Positions 61,804-64,000 of a stretch of 64,000 nucleotides of DNA are shown piece by piece. The notes beneath the pieces were generated by a model, which saw nothing but the letters and a program-made list of their open reading frames with translations, was not told the DNA's origin and searched no databases. The first letter of the stretch is position 1, and each line of letters opens with the position of its first letter. The stretch lies in the IMG/VR virus record IMGVR_UViG_3300044971_004534. One strand, written 5' to 3'. This DNA is from a virus. Position numbers and translations under genes: made by a program.

Positions 61804-64000
61804 ATGGCAACAAATCCCACGATTAAACCTAGACGAGGTACATCAGCGCCTGGCGTTGGAGCTATTAATCAAAATGAATTAGCAGTTGATACAACTAATA
61901 AAAGAATTTATATTGGTGCAGCTGATGGATCTGGTACTTTAATTGGTTCTGCTCCTGGTGGTTCAAGTACTCAGGTCCAATTTAATGATGGAGGTAACGC
62001 AGGCGGCAGTGCTGGTTTAATTTTTAGTAAGACTTCTTTTGATCTTACTATTGGCGGAGATTTGGCAGTCAATGGTGGAGACATTACAAGTACTGCTACT
62101 ACATTTAATTTATTAAATACTACAGTTACGAATGCAAATATTCTTGGGGCAGCTGATACGATTGTGATAGGTTCAGCGAATGGAACGCTGACTATTAGAA
62201 ATGCTGGTACTAGAGTTAATGGGACTCTTACGGTTACTGGTGCTGGAGTCATTCAAGGTGCTTTTTCTGCAAATAGTACTTTAACAGTTACTGGTGCTTC
62301 CACGTTCCAGAGTGCAGTCATTGCCAACGGCGGAACAATTACAAGTTCTTCTACTACATTCAATCTACTAAATACAACAGTTACTAATGCCAATGTTCTT
62401 GGAGCAGCTGACACAATCATTATTGGATCATCTCTTGGCAGTGCCACTATAAGAAATGCAAACACCGCTATTAATGGAACGCTTTCAGTTACAGGAAATT
62501 CTACATTTGTTGGCGACATTTCTGTAAATGGAGGTGACATAAATAGTACAGGAGCATTGACTATTACTGCTGGTGGTAGCAATACGAATATCAATCTTGT
62601 ACCTAATGGTTCTGGAACTGTTGATGTTGCCTCAAAAAGAATAACAAATCTTTTTACTCCATCATCAGATGCTGACGCTGCAACAAAAAAATATGTTGAT
62701 GATATTGCTCAAGGCTTGCATATTCACTCAACTGTTAGAGCTACTACTACCTCTAAGCTATCAACTCTTGCTGGTGTTGCTGTAACCTATACATCTGCAA
62801 CTCAGGCAATTACTTGGTCTGGTGGCACTGCGCTCACAAGTACATTTACTGATGGAATCGCCTTTACTGTTTCTTCAACTGAATCAAATGCTGATAGAAT
62901 TCTGGTAAAAAATGAAGGTGATGCTGGAGGTCTTGGTGCTGCCTACAATGGTACTTATTATTGCTATGGCGCTAGAGAATTGCGCAGAACTTCTGATGGT
63001 AATACAGCAGCAGAATTTGTTGGTGGAGACTTTTGTTTCGTTTTAGAAGGAACTTTGTATAATGGTAGTGGGTGGGTTCAAACTGAAAAAGTAATAACCT
63101 TAGATACTACAAGTATATTGTGGGAGCAATTTTCTGGAGCTGGAACTTATACAGCTGACGAAGTTACTCTTACAAGATCTGGCACTCAATTTAGTATTAA
63201 AAATACTTATGTTGGCCAAACTAGTATAAATACTGTTGGCACTATATCCACTGGTACTTGGAGTGGCTCTGCAATAACTATTGGCTATGGAGGAACTGGA
63301 GTAACTACTTATACTGCCGGAGACATCCTGTATTATGTGTCTGGTACTGCTTTGTCAAAACTTCCAATTGGGTCAAACACTACAATACTTGAATCTACTG
63401 GTTCTGCGCCGTCTTGGGTGGCTAGCAGTGGTAATGGTGGAGTTGTCCGCACTATTAGTGCTACACTTACTGGTGTTACTCTGGTTAATCCAATATTAAC
63501 AACTGTTACTGCAACAGATTTAACTTTAAGTGGAGATATCGCAGTCAATGGTGGAGACATTACAAGTACTGCTACTACTTTCAATTTATTAAATGCTACA
63601 GTTACAAATGCAAATGTGCTTGGCGCTGCTAACATAGTTGTTCTGGGTGGTACAGGTGGTACTGCTACAATAAGAAATGCTGGAACCAATATCAACGGGA
63701 TTCTTACTGTTACAGGTGTCTCAGTGCATCAGGGTGCTGGTGTATTTAACAGCACTCTCACTGTAACTGGTGTTTCTACGCTACAGGGTGCATCGACATT
63801 ACAAGGCGCAGTAAATGCTAATAGCACTCTTACTGTTACGGGCGTAACAACATTGCAAGGCGCTTCTACACTACAGGGTGCTGTGAACATGAACAGTACT
63901 CTCACTGTCACTGGTGTCTCAGTACACCAAGGTGCTGGTGCCTTTAATAGTACTCTTTCAGTGACAGGAGCTGCTACATTTGTTGATGATATAGCAGTAA
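61804..64000 (+). CDS. second giant beta-helical tail fibre, 3' end cut by window edge (absent from the ORF track because there is no stop)
   Basis: The ATG at 61804 gives MATNPTIKPRRGTSAPGVGAINQNELAVDTTNKRIYIGAADG. The frame is open to nt 64000. It has the same TTFNLLNTTVTNAN[IV]LGAA modules as 57631..61263, plus NGSGTVDVASKRITNLFTPSSDADAATKKYVDD. Confidence 0.85.
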   Translation, partial: MATNPTIKPRRGTSAPGVGAINQNELAVDTTNKRIYIGAADGSGTLIGSAPGGSSTQVQFNDGGNAGGSAGLIFSKTSFDLTIGGDLAVNGGDITSTATTFNLLNTTVTNANILGAADTIVIGSANGTLTIRNAGTRVNGTLTVTGAGVIQGAFSANSTLTVTGASTFQSAVIANGGTITSSSTTFNLLNTTVTNANVLGAADTIIIGSSLGSATIRNANTAINGTLSVTGNSTFVGDISVNGGDINSTGALTITAGGSNTNINLVPNGSGTVDVASKRITNLFTPSSDADAATKKYVDDIAQGLHIHSTVRATTTSKLSTLAGVAVTYTSATQAITWSGGTALTSTFTDGIAFTVSSTESNADRILVKNEGDAGGLGAAYNGTYYCYGARELRRTSDGNTAAEFVGGDFCFVLEGTLYNGSGWVQTEKVITLDTTSILWEQFSGAGTYTADEVTLTRSGTQFSIKNTYVGQTSINTVGTISTGTWSGSAITIGYGGTGVTTYTAGDILYYVSGTALSKLPIGSNTTILESTGSAPSWVASSGNGGVVRTISATLTGVTLVNPILTTVTATDLTLSGDIAVNGGDITSTATTFNLLNATVTNANVLGAANIVVLGGTGGTATIRNAGTNINGILTVTGVSVHQGAGVFNSTLTVTGVSTLQGASTLQGAVNANSTLTVTGVTTLQGASTLQGAVNMNSTLTVTGVSVHQGAGAFNSTLSVTGAATFVDDIAV
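62056..62150 (+). repeat. intragenic near-identical direct repeat (copy 1) in the fibre gene
   Basis: gcagtcaatggtggagacattacaagtactgctactac is identical (38 nt) to 63541-63578. I estimate ~90% identity by eye over ~85 nt. Confidence 0.8.
63532..63626 (+). repeat. intragenic near-identical direct repeat (copy 2) in the fibre gene
   Basis: See copy 1. A third, more diverged copy lies at about 62320-62410. Confidence 0.8.

Noticed and set aside
57651-63911. Multiple minus-strand ORFs inside the fibre genes (57651..58088, 60273..60647, 60865..61149, 61971..62594, 63333..63911)
   Set aside because: These are shadows caused by the codon-biased, stop-poor repeat sequence of the plus-strand fibre genes. 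Their translations (VTVV..PLT repeats) are mirror images of the fibre modules.
1-64000. Prophage or mobile-element boundaries (integrase, transposase, att sites, IS elements)
   Set aside because: No recombinase, transposase or terminal inverted-repeat signature was recognised in any frame. The two high-GC islands look like morons, not IS insertions.

Overview
AT-rich segment (about one-third G+C by eye, not computed) of a large tailed-bacteriophage genome. The host is probably a diderm (Gram-negative) bacterium. I call about 75 tightly packed genes. Expression signals look bacterial: Shine-Dalgarno sites, ATGA/TAATG start-stop coupling and rho-independent terminators.

Recognisable content:
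- Nucleotide-metabolism and transcription block at 34.2-41.1 kb: ThyX, a sigma-70-family factor, an HNH endonuclease, class II RNR (NrdJ) and dUTPase.
- A 1201-aa SNF2 helicase.
- A glycan-related cluster at 22.4-27.3 kb containing UDP-galactopyranose mutase and a LysM/lysozyme-like protein.
- Auxiliary genes: Fe/Mn superoxide dismutase, pterin-4a-carbinolamine dehydratase, a flavodoxin-like protein and a P-loop kinase.
- Two opposite-strand, higher-GC moron-like islands encoding cell-envelope proteins. One has two proteins with PEP-CTERM-like sorting tails. The other has an outer-membrane beta-barrel plus a small membrane protein.
- A long tail-fibre module from 52.3 kb to the window end, which is cut inside a fibre gene.

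I recognised no rRNA, tRNA, CRISPR array, integrase, transposase, capsid, portal or terminase. The genome is therefore probably much larger than this window.

Most interesting unexplained signals:
1. A short N-terminal peptide tag recurs on otherwise unrelated proteins, as WYK[LIF][AS]Q or the longer form K[ILM]S..[DE]W...G...G[WY].
2. At least six dispersed or tandem genes form a paralogous family: tag, then glycine-zipper, then an IAG[IM]S helix, separated by extreme low-complexity linkers (PT, GGGQA, AP, Q-rich).
3. Two tandem giant paralogs (899 and 1032 aa) share a conserved ~330-aa domain of unknown function.
4. A 570-nt hairpin- and repeat-rich non-coding region lies upstream of the fibre module.

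All functional calls rest on motifs read from the translations. No database search was possible.
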